NCBI GenBank assembly: GCA_964234715.1
Contig: OZ174278.1
Direction: 5' to 3' (one strand)
Origin: Podarcis melisellensis
Taxonomy: Eukaryota
Length of the DNA stretch: 64,000 nt
Made by a program: the position numbers and the translations under genes. How positions within the stretch are numbered: the first letter of the stretch is position 1; every line of letters starts with the position of its first letter. Shown here piece after piece: positions 41,800-55,200 of this stretch. The notes beneath the pieces were generated by a model. That model ran no database searches and was not told the origin of the DNA. It saw only the letters and a list, made by a program, of their open reading frames with translations.

Positions 41800-42354
41800 T
41801 ATCTCTTTTCTTCTTTTCTCATAATTTAACTGTACCAAAAAACCTCTCCTTTTCTGGAAAAGCTGTGTCCTTCCCTCTGTTACTCCCACCTATTACTCCC
41901 ACTTGGTTATCCTATGAAGGTACTTTGCTACATATTTACAACACTATACTCTTCTACGTTTTTGTAAAAAGTGCTAGTTTCTAGACTAGCTGTACTAGAC
42001 CAACTGTCTTATGGCAGAATACAGGCAGACCCACTGAGCAAAGAGGTTGGCCCATCACAAGTCATTAGCACAAGGCTTATTTCCAATACTGTATAGAAAA
42101 ACGTAGTTCTCAGTATTACAGCTTAATTGATTGCTCTGGCACTATTTAAACTTAAACTTAAATCTTGTAGTATTTAAACTCCAAACCACTGTTTCCAAAG
42201 AAACGTCATGCTAATTTATGGGACTTTTCCCACTTTTCTTATTTCCAACAAAATAAAAATGGGACAATGTGTTTCAGATGGATCCAATGGTACTTACTCT
42301 AATCCCATCTATTTTGTGTCCCTATGCATGTGTGCACACATAGAGACAATTCTA

Positions 42355-42596
42355 CAGTGGTACCTCGGGTTAAGTACTTAATTCATTCTGGAGGTCCGTA
42401 CTTAACCTGAAACTGTTCTTAACCTGAAGCACCACTTTAGCTAATGGGGCCTCCTGCTGCCGCTGCGCCGGCGGAGCACAATTTCTGTTCTTATCCGGAA
42501 GCAAAGTTCTTAACCTGAAGCATTATTTCTGGGTTAGCGGAGTGTGTAACCTGAGGCGTATGTAACCTGAAGCATATGTAACCCGAGGTACCACTG
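42355..42596. mobile_element. Tigger-like MITE, family A copy 4
   Basis: Perfect TIR CAGTGGTACCTCGGGTTA, TA flanks. Confidence 0.93.
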
Positions 42597-44159
42597 TATT
42601 TGATAAAATACAATGAAAGGCTACGCAAATGCTATGATTCATATGCATTCTGTTCACTTTCTACTTTCATTTAGGAAACATTTAACAATCAGAAAATAAT
42701 ATATACCCTGTGTATGAGAGACAATGCATTTAGCACATTAATTACTGGAGCTTAAGAAATTAAATCTGTATGCATTAAGTCTTGTGAAATGGATGATTCA
42801 GCTTCTAAGTGCTGCATTAATTCTGCACATTACAATGTGGTAAGACAGTCAAATTAAATCTTTTGGAAACAACCCATTCTATTTGCTTACTTTGTGTAGA
42901 AACCTGACTATGAACAGCTTTAGAATGGAAAGTAAATACTAATTCTTTAAAAGTAAAAATAGGCAGATATTTTATGCATTAGATTTCTTATGTTTCAGGT
43001 TTTTTAAAAGGAACTGTAATATAATCAACATAAAACACGTAGTTTCTGTTTTGTTTGCATTGCTTAAAGTAAGCAAGCCACATTCCCCTCAAGGACAATT
43101 AGCTATGAAGGAATTGAGGTGTTCAAAGTTTCTAAGTGTTAAATGAATTATGTAGTATTACAAGTCAATTACTTTCCCAGCCTGGTAGCCTTACTGCTTT
43201 GGGTGTGGCTAACAGTCATTTTATTCTGCTTATAGAGACCATCTTCTCTTAGCCAAACAGAACAATTTATTGTTTACTCTGTGGAGCTGACTATTTAAAA
43301 CATGGAGATAAAAAACCATTCAGGCCTTGCTTTTCCATCCTTGTGTCTTTCATATACTAGGGAGGAAACTGAGAAAAGGAGCCAAATAGAAAAGGTTTGG
43401 TAAAGCTGAAATTATCCAATACACAAAACTGGCAAGGTGCCCGGAAGCAGACTTCCTCAGTGAAATTCAAATTATAGACTCACATACTTGGTACATTTTC
43501 TCCCTCCATAGTACAAGTAAGAAGGGGGAAATAATGTAAGAAAATATTGCATAAATTGCAGACTAAGTTGGAGAAAAATAGGCTGCATCACTTACAGGTC
43601 TTCAATATTTTCAGGGGGGGGGAAACATAGGGGAAAACTGAATATTACTTCGGCCAGCTGAGTTTTCACCTCTAACTTTGCAAAAGTAACTTTAAGAATG
43701 AAAATTTGTGAGGAACAATTGGTAGGCAGAAAAGTGCCTGCTAATTCTCTTCATAAAAAGCACCTGTCGTGCACACACAGCTTCCATTTCCACCCAAACT
43801 GGGCTTATTTTATGTCTGAGTCCCACTTGGTGGATAAATTGGTTATAGATACATCTGTAGGAAGGAATCACTGGACAGGAAAAGGTAACACTATATTCTG
43901 CTAATCTATTTTCTCCTATACCAAGGCAAAACATTATTTATCAATATCAGACTTTCTCAGCCTTCCAATGGTCAGAGATTGGGGAAGGATGTCCATATAT
44001 TGATACTTTTCCAAGGCCAAGTGCTTCATAATATGAAAACAGCAAAAAATGTTATTAACGAAAAAGATGTATAAACCAATACTAAATTATTTATTACAAA
44101 AAAATAAACATATATGCAAATTGTCCAGCAGTAAAACCCTAATAGGGTAAATCCTATAC

Positions 44160-44464
44160 CGGGGTCAGCAAACGTTTTCAGTAGGGGGCAGGTTCACTGT
44201 CCCTCAGACCTTTTGGGGGGGCGGACTATTTGGGGGGGTGGTTGAACAAATTCTTATGCCCCACAAATAACCCAGAGATGCATTTCAAATAAAAGCACAC
44301 ATTCTACTCATATAAAAAACACCAGGAAGGCCCCACAAATATTTTAAATGAAAGGGCACATTCTACTCGTGTAAAAACACGCTGATTTCTGGACCTTCCA
44401 TGGACTGGATTTAGAAGGAGATTGGGCCAGAACCTGCCCCCGGGCTTTAGTTTGCCTACCCATG
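44160..44464. mobile_element. hAT (Charlie group) MITE resembling OposCharlie1/OC1
   Basis: Perfect 8-bp TSD TCCTATAC (44152-44159, 44465-44472); termini CGGGGTCAGCAAAC / GTTTGCCTACCCATG; internal duplicated CACATTCTACTC..TAAAAA unit. Confidence 0.85.
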
Positions 44465-46386
44465 TCCTATACAATGAATTTCAGCATAATGCATTGCACT
44501 TTAAGCTGAATGTGGTTTGATCTCATCAGTGCCTATATAACATAAAAAATAGAACATATCAAATCTGTAAGAATCCATCAATCAAAGGTCAGCACTCTTC
44601 TACCTAAAAAGGCCATGTATAAAAAGTAATGTAAATCTATTAAAACAAAACAATAAAAACAAATTAATCAAATACATAGTTAAATGGAAAAAAGTCATGA
44701 CAGCCAGAGAAAACATATTGAAATCAACAGGTTTCTTAGGGGGCCTGTTGAGAGGGTTTCAGAGACAGTGAGAGGAACAGAGGAAGTGCTTTCCACAGTA
44801 CACTCCTTCTTCCAAGACATGGTTAATTCCAAGACTCACTCATCTACACAATGTTCCTTGTGACAATTCTTTCCCCCTAATATTGAGACTGTTCTTTAGC
44901 AGATGGAACTCTTGAGATTAGGTAAAAGTGAATATTATCACAGCCGTGTGTAAAAACATTGGTTTCTGCCAGTGACAGCAGAGCTCCCCCCCCCAACTGC
45001 TTCTGCTGCTGGAAGATCCAGAAATCAGAGGCTGTGTGATTCATTGAGAATATTCCACTTGAGAGCTACTGTTGTACAACCACAAGACTTTTCTGACCTT
45101 CTAATGCAATCTATAAAGCTGTAACCACATCTTGTATTTAATGGTAATGGTTTGATGTGATTCACATGCTGTAAAACATTTGAAGATTCACAGAACAAAG
45201 GAAATTAAAATGAGATAAGAGGGGTCCTTGTACCTTTCAGTACAATTATACGAAGACATGTCATAATAATTGTTAGCCTAGTAAAATTTTGCATTCTTTA
45301 TAATTAAAACCTGCAAATCAAATCAGTTTATTGTCAAGCTATGTTGTCTTATTCTGTAGAACATGCTTTGACATATTAGCAAAACATCTTAGGCATCAAT
45401 TAGAAACAAGACCTTTAAAAGAGCATAATTTGCTATACTGTAGATCCAATTTCAGTTGCACTTCATCTCCTAGTAATAAATGTCTAAGGATGAAACCACA
45501 CTTCCAGTCAAGTACTTTTACCTTAAGAGTTTATCCAGTAGATCTGTAGCCTAATTATATTATATGTGTTGCTATAGTCCTTAAGATACCATTCAAGCCA
45601 ACAAAATGAAATATACCTCACAAAGCCTCAATCTAATTTATTAAATCAAACTTGCTTCACAGCATAATTGTCAAGAGATCTACTCAGAAGCAAGTCCCGC
45701 TGAGTACAATGAAAAGTGAATATAGGACTGCTGTCTCAGTTGTTTAACCATTTTATTTTAACATACTGTGTTTGGTTATTGATTAAAAATTCCTTTTGTT
45801 CAATGTTATGTAACTACCTATGCCTACATGGCGGTCTGCAACAAAATGTATTTCAGTTCAAGACTCAGGATACTCCATTACATTCTCCCTCCTCACTCAC
45901 AATTTTCCATTTGCTCCCACCCTTGTAAGTTAGCATTATGATTGACTGTCAATTATGGGTTGTTTTAGGACATTTCCCCCAGATGTTTCCTTTCCAAGGC
46001 TTTTTTGGGGTGCGGGGTGCACTTTTTTTTGTACTTTTTGCAAATCGTGTACCCAAATCCTACATTACAATGAAAGCATCGTTTAAGGTGGGGCAGAGTA
46101 TTTATATAAAGAGCACCAATTGCTGAGCAAATATGATATATCTACAACAGACTCATAGAACTGTAGAGTTGGAAGGGACCAGAAGTAGCATTGTCCCAGT
46201 CTTGTTTAAAGATCTGTGGGAGAAGCTGTGTTCACTGTCCCCACACCCAATTAAATCTGCAGGGGTTGGGGACCATGGGCTGTGCTTTCTTTATAGTGTC
46301 CATTTGCCTCTGAAGTGAACTTCACTATAGCAGTGCTGCCATTTTATTACCAGTTTCACTTTTGGGGGAAGGGTGACACACAAGTT

Positions 46387-46410
46387 GTGTGTGTGTGTGT
46401 GTGTGTGTGT
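46387..46410 (+). repeat. (GT)n microsatellite
   Basis: Directly visible. Confidence 0.95.
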
Positions 46411-46586
46411 TGCTGTTTTATTTGTATGGAATTTGTCCTGCTTTAATATTATTGTTTGGTTTTGGTTTTAATTATATTTTATGAAACCTCTCTGCAGCAC
46501 TTTTGACATGGTAGAATATTTAATAATAGCAACAATAGTAGTGGCCATACACTATCATGTTCCCAATAAATCTCTATTACTTTGCC

Positions 46587-46622
46587 AAACAAAACAAAAC
46601 AAAACAAAACAAAAAACAAAAC
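46587..46622 (+). repeat. (AAAAC)n repeat
   Basis: Directly visible. Confidence 0.9.
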
Positions 46623-47701
46623 ATGAAAGCCATATTAACACTCTATAGGACAAAGAGAAGGCCATTTAGTGAATTTAGATGCTCTGCAGCCTCCAGTCAC
46701 CAACTTCTTCCTTCACTACCAAGGAAGGAATTAGGCCTAGTTCCTCTGAATAATAGGTTCATCTGGATCCTAAAGTTCAAGATGTGAAATAGCACCAAGT
46801 AAATTTTTCAGCTTGAAATTTGGTAGGGTCAGCACCACGAATTCTCTCTATGGAATATCCCACATTCCATTTTGTCCAGGAAGTGTACCAACATTACAGG
46901 GGGAAATATAGTCCACCGCAGTGGCCATCATTGCTTTCCCAGAATGTGCTAGAATTATGGTATATCCAATGCAATGTGGCAGCCATCAAAGGAATGTCAC
47001 TGCCACCAGGGATAATTTTAATTCCCACTTCTGAAATTCTCCCCAAGATGCCAACAATTCTTTGAAATGTCCTCCTTATTTCACTACCTGGAAGTGGTGC
47101 AGTGAAAGGAGGGAGCCATTTCAGTCATCCCTAAAGGCAAGCCATAATTCCAGAATACAGAGGAATCTATGACCTACAATTCTTTAAGTAACAGATTGGT
47201 TTCTATTTATTGGGTATATGCTTACATTTTCTAGATTCTATCTTCTATTTTCCTCAAAATATTTATAAAATTTGCTATTCTGTATTTTAAATCACTTGTA
47301 GAAATTTCCTTTTCCTTAATGATACTATAGTACTCATAAGCTCAATAGTTCTTCCAAAGATCAGATTCAAAGCGCTCTGTGAATGCTATAATGCCTAAAA
47401 GGAAATTAAACCCTGTAACCAACAAGTGTATTGTTGTTGTTTTAGGTACAGACAGAATAAAAGGAAAGTAAACTTGACCAGCAGGTCAAATAGCAAGGGA
47501 GTCTCTACAACACTAAAATTCCCAGGTGTTTCTCTTTTCATAAATTATGTATGCTGATGTATCTAAACAGAAGTGCAATTTTATATTTGACATTTTTAGT
47601 CTGAAGGAAAAGGAGATACAGAACCCAGCTTTCATACATGTTAACAGGGGCCAGGCCCGCAATACCAAGCAACAGCACAGTTCCTGAAAACCCAGTAAAT
47701 G

Positions 47702-47734
47702 GTGCGCGCGTGCGCGCACACACACACACACACA
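47702..47734. repeat. (GC)/(CA)n alternating purine-pyrimidine tract
   Basis: gtgcgcgcgtgcgcgcacacacacacacacac. Confidence 0.9.
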
Positions 47735-48426
47735 CCCCAGCAAAAATGCATCCCTCATCCTAATTCTGTTCTGCTTTTTCTACCAGAAAATTCTGTTAAA
47801 AGGTAAATATCAGAAAAAGATACCTGGATTCCTGGTTTGTGTATAGACAAACACAGCCAATTATCCTTCAACAGAGTTTAATGGCACTTTCTCCAGTGGG
47901 CAAAATCCAAGATAGAAATTAATTTTTAAAAAACCGTCTCATGCATTAAACCTTTAATCCATGATTATTTGTCCTCCAAGGTGGCAGATGGCAAGTCTAC
48001 TGCTGTTATTAAGACCTCTGCCATGGGCATATGTTTTCCCTGGGGCAACCACAACTCGGATCTTGGTATATTAAAACAGCTAAGTCCTTAACCAAACACA
48101 GAAAGTAGATATTCTACCTGGGAACCATAAATTTACCTTGGATGCTATTTTCCCCTGAATAATTATTTCAAATGATATTATCATAAAACAAACATACATT
48201 TCTGTGTAATTTTATGTAGATCTAAGAAGATGCCTCTTTACAGATAAAAATAGCTTTTAAATAATATATTTTTTAGAATATACTTGTACCATACATACGT
48301 CCCAGCATAAAATATCACAGATTAACTAGTCTTCTCTAAACAAAAGAATATGATACACCAGATTAGGTATTATGAGCCAAGCTTCCTAAAATTCTACCTC
48401 TTGGATCAAGTATTAGCTCAGCGGAT

Positions 48427-48583
48427 NNNNNNNNNNNNNNNNNNNNNNNNNNNNNNNNNNNNNNNNNNNNNNNNNNNNNNNNNNNNNNNNNNNNNNNNNN
48501 NNNNNNNNNNNNNNNNNNNNNNNNNNNNNNNNNNNNNNNNNNNNNNNNNNNNNNNNNNNNNNNNNNNNNNNNNNNNNNNNNNN
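48427..48583. other. Assembly gap (157 N)
   Basis: Run of n characters. Confidence 1.
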
Positions 48584-49582
48584 GATTCCATCCATATCTG
48601 CTGAGCTAATACTGCTGAGCTTGTGTGTGTGTGAGAGAGTGAGTGAGAGACACACACACACAACACACACACACACAAATATGCATAAAGACATAGCAAT
48701 AAAAGCTCCTTGTCTTTCTTATCCACAACTGACCCACCCAATGTTCTACTTTCTCCATAATCAGTGCAAAAAAATTCACATATTGTCATGTGTTTTTTTA
48801 TTTTTACTAAAAAGTCTCCACAAGGAATTGGTCAATATCTTAAGTGACCTTTTGTTATGTGTGTTTCATTTTCACCTTTTGTCTAACTTGTTTAACTGAC
48901 TGGTGGGTACACAAAATTAATCTTCTGGCCTTTTATGTACCAAAGTCTCATTAGATACTGTGACCCTGATATCTAACAATATTTTTTTTTTTGCAACAGT
49001 TAAAAGGTTAAAGGGTCTGTGATTAGAAATGACAGGTTTGGAGATCAGTAAATCAATACTAGGCTTTGAGTTGACCACAGTGATAGCTTTATGTACAAAG
49101 GTCAAAGCATTTAAAAGGTTCAGAAAATGGTAATGAAAACTCTTCTTTCAACTCCTTTATATTCTCTTTTTTCCAAAGAACACCTGCATACCATAGTAGA
49201 TTTAGTCAATAGAAAAATTAAAATCATGATTAGAGAAGCATGATGGAGAAGGTAAATATTTCGGTAGTAAATTGAAATAAATTTGACTGTTTCCAACAAG
49301 ACATTTGTTTGAACATGGTAACAGTTACAATCATACCAAACCTGCACATGTGATATTAAAGAACTCAAATTTGAAACTGCTCATTGTCTAACAAAACACA
49401 AAACTTGTCTCTAAGATCAATCTCTGTACCTGTGGACTTGAAAATGGCCAACATAATACAAATTTTTAAAAAGGGATCCAGGGGAGATTATCTTAACATC
49501 TCTTGCAGGAAGACAGATTAGCTTAATGTCTCTTGCAGGAAAACTGGCGGAAAGCATTGTTAAAGACAGAACTAACAAACAT

Positions 49583-49705
49583 AGAGAATCATAGAATCAT
49601 AGTTGGAAGGGATCAAGAGTGTCATCCAGTCCAGCTCCCTGCAAGGCAGGAATTCTTTGTCCAACATGGGACTTGAATTCACAACTGAGATTCTTCTACT
49701 GACAG
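49583..49705 (-). mobile_element. Decayed tRNA-derived SINE with CR1 tail (family of the 2615 copy)
   Basis: agaatcatagaatcatagttggaagggatc...ccagtccagctccctgcaaggcagg is the reverse of a CR1-type 3' end. Confidence 0.6.
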
Positions 49706-49796
49706 AAGAATAAGTCCTGCTGAGGAAGAATCAGCCTCGTTTCTGCAACCATACATCCTAACTTTTTATATTTAAAGTTCTCAGGGGTGTCATTAA

Positions 49797-49972
49797 CAGT
49801 GGCAGAGCTTCATGCTCCGGCACCAGGGGGCAGAGAGCAGGCGGGGGCGGGGTGTGCCACCTGTGGGGGCGGAGCGCCCAGCACTGGGGGGGAGCAGCCG
49901 CGATGGAACCCACTGGGATTGCGCTGCTGGGGGCGGTGCGCTCCCCCCCACACTCCTCTTCCTCTGCCAGTG
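49797..49972. mobile_element. GC-rich hAT-type MITE
   Basis: TIR CAGTGGCAGAG / CTCTGCCAGTG; perfect 8-bp TSD GTCATTAA (49789-49796, 49973-49980). Confidence 0.9.
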
Positions 49973-50100
49973 GTCATTAAGCACATATATAAGGGATACA
50001 ATACGAATATATTGTGTATTTTTACTTTTTAAAAGTTTTTGATTTCGTTGATCAGTAACTGGTTAAAGAACAGGAAGCAAAGAGTAGGGAGGGGGAATGT

Positions 50101-50417
50101 TAAATGAAGTTCAATGTAAGCATGCGTAACATGATGCATGCTGGAAGAAAAAAATCTGTAAATTCACCTAAACACGAAAGGGATAAAAGCTGGCAGTCAC
50201 TGACTAGGAAATAGATTTTGGGGTCATGGTGGATAACTAGATGAAGATGTAAACCCAGTATCTGGCAGCTGTGAAAAAGGTGACTCGTGTTAGGAACTAT
50301 TAGGAAAATGATTGAAAATAAAACTGCAAATATCATTCTGCTGTAATACAAATGTAAAGTGTGGCTGTACTTGGAATACTATTCACAGTTCAGGTAGTTA
50401 TGCCACAAAAAGAATAC
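50101..50417 (+). mobile_element. CR1 LINE ORF2 C-terminal fragment (decayed)
   Basis: Decayed MKFNVS...MHAG...DFGVMVD...AAVKK...LGTIRKMIENK...LEY, the CR1 C-terminal pattern. Confidence 0.82.
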
Positions 50418-52253
50418 CCAACATGCTATTGTGTTTTCGGTTCCATTTTTATATATTGTGATTTTACCTTCAGATGGATTGTAATAGCTAGCATATAAGT
50501 GCTTTCATGAATAAAAATAAGTTAAATATAACATAGCTGGGTAAGGTTCTTTTAGAAAAAGAACATGTTCAATAAATTCATTAATTTTTATGCATATTTC
50601 GTTGGCAAGGTCACCTTCCCCTTGTCGCACCATGTTACTTTATTAAACAAGGAATATTAATAAAAGGGCTTTTCCTACTTTATTGACATCATGTGTATAA
50701 AAACTAAAAATGGAAAAAGAAAATTTTAAATAGATAGGCACCATTCGCTTTTTGAAAAACCCTACCTTCCTGTGGTTTTCCAAAAGCATTCCAAAGAGGT
50801 TACTTACATTGCTTTGAAATGGTGAGTTATGGGAAGGCCATAGCTTGAGACTAGCAGCTGAGACAGCAACAGAGATGAAAGTTATTTAGTTCTGTGATTC
50901 AAGGGGAAACACAGCTGCTACAGCTGGCCTTCTCAGATCTCAACACTTACTACAATGATCTAGAAGGCGATAATGTGTTCTGTCTCAGTTTGAAAAATGC
51001 ATTCATAAAAATAGTCTCTAAAAGGGACAAAAAATCTATTAATCACACTTCAGACTGCATTTTGAGCACTGAAGCAGGGTTAGGTTTACCCAAAGGGTAT
51101 CTGATACATTTTGTGAGCTATCTATTATCTTTGGTCAAACATTTCAATCTAATTTGAACTGTTCCTTTCACATGTGCTCGTATGGAGACAAGACTTGTTT
51201 ACTATATATGCTTTTGATGCCAAAATAAATAGGTCACGATGAAATTGATAAATTTAAAATTAGACTCAATAAATGCCAATAGGATCGCAACTGAAACAAG
51301 AATGTTTTGGAAAGCACAACAGTTTGGCACAAGGAAGATACAATCACTTTACAATGGCTTCTGAAAACCCTTGTATTATAATACTTAAGACAACTGGCTG
51401 GATATTTTTCTAACATTTATTTGTCTATTAACTGAAAAATAGTATGTTTTATTGGAAATATGACATGCTATATAGAAACTGTAACACTTACTTAAAATAC
51501 CTTAAGACAAAGACTGATCTACCTTTAGGTTAGCTAATGAAGCTTGCCTCAGGCAATGGATTTGGGGATATAATTTAAATGGTAGCAAATGCTCAATTAT
51601 ACATGTAGTCATATTTTAAACAATTTTGGGGTGCTGTTTTCTGCCTTGGGGAATAAAACGCATTGTTATGTTTCTTTATGAGCCTCTTATAAGTCACGAA
51701 ATAGAAAATAAATAAGTGAATTACACATTTATCATCAATTTAACAAGGGGGGAGTTTATAGATTATTATTTATTCATTTCTATGTTCAGTGTTAGTCTGT
51801 GAAGTAGCATTTATATAGGCACACGTGGAAAGAAAAAACCCAAGCTTTCAACAAATGGAAGCCTGCATGCACATGTATCTGCATATTAAACAGAGGCCAC
51901 AGAGATCATGAATCTGCACATAAACCAGAGTATTAGGGTAAATTGAGCTGACACTATACACATACAGATATTTACGGTAAGTTATTTTCCATTCCAAGGT
52001 ATTGAAGTTACATCATGCACTTAAGATCTTTGAACTGTACTTAGTGACTGTCATTGTTGATCTTTAGGTCTCAGCTTCTTGCTCCAGGAAATCTTGGAAA
52101 AAGAGTAATAGTTTTAGCTCTCTAGTTGTATATAGGTTATACAGTCTGCCAACTATATAAATAAAGGCTATTCTGTGCAAGTAACTCTGTTCATTGTTTT
52201 ATTTTTTTTTACTTCAAGGTGTTCTAGTTCAAAGAAGGAAGGAAGGAAGGAAG

Positions 52254-52290
52254 GAAGGAAGGAAGGAAGGAAGGAAGGAAGGAAGGAAGG
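52254..52290 (+). repeat. (AAGG)n microsatellite
   Basis: Directly visible. Confidence 0.96.
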
Positions 52291-55200
52291 CAATGGGTTA
52301 AAATGGGTATAATGTAATGGGTTTTAAAAGATTTTATATCCAGAAAACAGATCTCATTTATTACTAAGAATATCCATCTATTTTTTAAAATGACAGCCAC
52401 CATTCTATAAGTAACTGGTATAATGTAGTTTGCATTGTTTAACAGCCCATTCACCATGTCTTCAGTCTTGGCAATCCCTGAATTCACACATTGTTAAACA
52501 ACTAATTTGACAGATTTTATGGACACAGGTTTTCTTCTAAAAAGAAAGTGGCTAGAAGCAAAAAGCTTCTAATAAGGTGGTTAGTGCTCTATTTGTTAAA
52601 GCTAAATTGGGCAGCTGTAACCCCTGTAAATAGCTACAAGCATTCAGATTCAGCAAAGCAAAACTTTCCTCTAACTTTTTAGACAGTAATGTAATCTGTT
52701 ATTGTAAACATTATAAGCTATTAATCAAAACATAAATGTCAAGATGATTTTAAACTGACATCAAGTAAAGTCCAGTCAACAAATGCAATGATTTCTTTCC
52801 TTTAATCTACACCATGAACACCCCATGACAAAGATTCTCTCGTGTTTTGTTTTTGTGGGATGTTTTATCTCTAATAAAGAGACACATTAAAGTTGCTTTT
52901 TGGCAAGTCAATAATGTCTATCAGCGTAAACACTTTCAAATTTTGTGACATACCAAAGACATATTGTACATATTTTAATAATCTTTGATCATACTTGCAA
53001 ACAACCACTTGCCTGGTCACCTGTGGAAAGTATGAATTACCTGTTTACAAGAAGGTGAGTTCCTATTATCCCATAGCTGGCCCTGGAAGAAATGTTTCCC
53101 TTCCCCTTTTCTAGGATGTCCCCTCCACATCACAAGCTTGTGTTAAATATGGCTATCCTTCCACTATGGCACACTACATATAGTAGATCTATATTATTGC
53201 CAAGAAGACAGAAGAAATAGCTACACCTACTGTCTAGAACATTGTCCAGGGAATGTAAAGCTGTACTCTGAAAACTGAGTACCAGAATCTTTCTTCCTAT
53301 CAGACCTAGAATGGAGTGGCTGAGTTTTCTCCAACTAAGTACCTATTGTAAACAAAAATATGTTTCATACATCACAAAGTAATGCATTTTCAAAGTTATA
53401 TGTATCAAAACCAGAAAGCAAAACTTATTCTAAGATTTATCTGTGTTAGTTTCCTTGTATTTCACTTGCTGTCCTCTGCATGGATCCACAGACCTGTTCA
53501 CCATGGTGAGCATGGTTCCACGACTTGCAGTTTTTACTTGGAGTTGGAGACAACGAGGAAGCAGACACTCTCGATGATAGCACCCACCCTCTGGAGTGTC
53601 ATCCTTCAGATAACTTACAACACAGATACTGTTATGACCTTTAAGTACCTCTTTAAAAATGTATTTTTAACACCTAGTTTCCTGGACTCTGACTTTTAAA
53701 TGTTCAATTCTCTGTTTTATATATGGCTCAGGTTTCTATGTGATACATATTTAACTTTTGGGGTTTGTCTTATTTTTATTTAGCTTTCAGGAAAACATAC
53801 TGATTGTTTTTATATATTTTAAATGTTATTTTATGCAAACCACTTACAGAAGTTTACTAATAAATAAAATTATCTCTCTCCTCTGTCAACTGCCTTCGAA
53901 GCTTGGTGCAACAGGTGGAAACTATCACAGAGAAAGGAAGTTTTGAGGAGGGATTTGAAGGAAAAGATTTCCAATTACAAACATCAAAACTAATAAACAG
54001 GGGAGGAGCTGCCAAAGCCCAATTACCCTCACAGCAGTTACATCCTTTCACTTACAGAGAAAACAAGGAAACAGCCATACCACTCAATTCTGTGAACTTG
54101 AATTGAATATCTGCAGCTCTTGTCTGCAGATAAGACAGGAAGAGCAAGGAAAAACTCTGGAGAAGAAAAATAGCTCTGAAAACTCCTTTGTATTCACTAT
54201 TGCCTTTGCATGTGAAATCTGACAAGGAGATGTATTTCACTAAATCGAATGGATGTGTGCCAGAGAACTGTGGCTAATCATGGCTCCCCAGCTGGTGTTC
54301 ACACCGTGTTTCCACATGTTTGGAAATTCCCCTTAACATTTTATATGCAGCAAGCATGAGATCCATAAAAATGTGAATCATCCATAAATTTGAAACGGAA
54401 CTAGTTGTCTTCTATTGCCACAAGCAGAGAGGATTAGACAACACATCCTTGTAAGCCAATCAAAAGTGGGTAGAGAAAAATATTTATTTTTAAAACAAGT
54501 AAATATTTATATGAACAAAACTTAGAATAAATCAAATATACTGAAGTAGGTAAGCAAAAGAAAATATTTTAAAATAACATGGCGGCTGGGATGTCTAGAC
54601 TTCTATGTGTCTATCAATGCCTACTGTTGAAAGTTTTTTTTAAATATGATAAGCAGTTTGGAGGTGGGCTGTTGTTGGGGTATGACAGCAACAATTCTCC
54701 TCTCAAGCAACTTTTTATTGTGATCAATGACTAGTATTAACCATTCTCCTCTACAAAGCTGCTTGGCCTACTAATTGGATTCTTGAATGCCCTTTTGAAC
54801 AATGAAGCAAGTTGGTCTACCCATTCATTTATATCATAGGCACACCTTTAAATATAGTTCTATCACTTTTTATCATTTTTAAAGTATCTTACGGCTTTCT
54901 TTTCTGAATAAAATTTCACAAATGCAATATATATGCCTCACAGGTCAAACATTATATTCTATAACAGCCCTAGTAATTATAAAAATAATGCTGACAGCTA
55001 TATCGGGGGGAGGGGGGAATTAAGAAACAAATGACAGAAACCAACAAGGTTATAAAATATTTGCCAATGTGCTGTCTGTTAAACATTGACTACAGATTTC
55101 ATGCACCAGTAACTAAACAGGCTAATTAAGAAGTGTGAATATACAGCTACTTTTAAAGATGCCAGGTTCCTAATGTAGGTCTGCAACAGGTTTTTCCCTA

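Noticed and set aside
47974-47990. Possible CTCF site CTCCAAGGTGGCAG
   Set aside because: Mismatches in the 5' part of the core; too weak without data.
48350-48789. ORFs spanning X residues
   Set aside because: Artefacts of the N gap.
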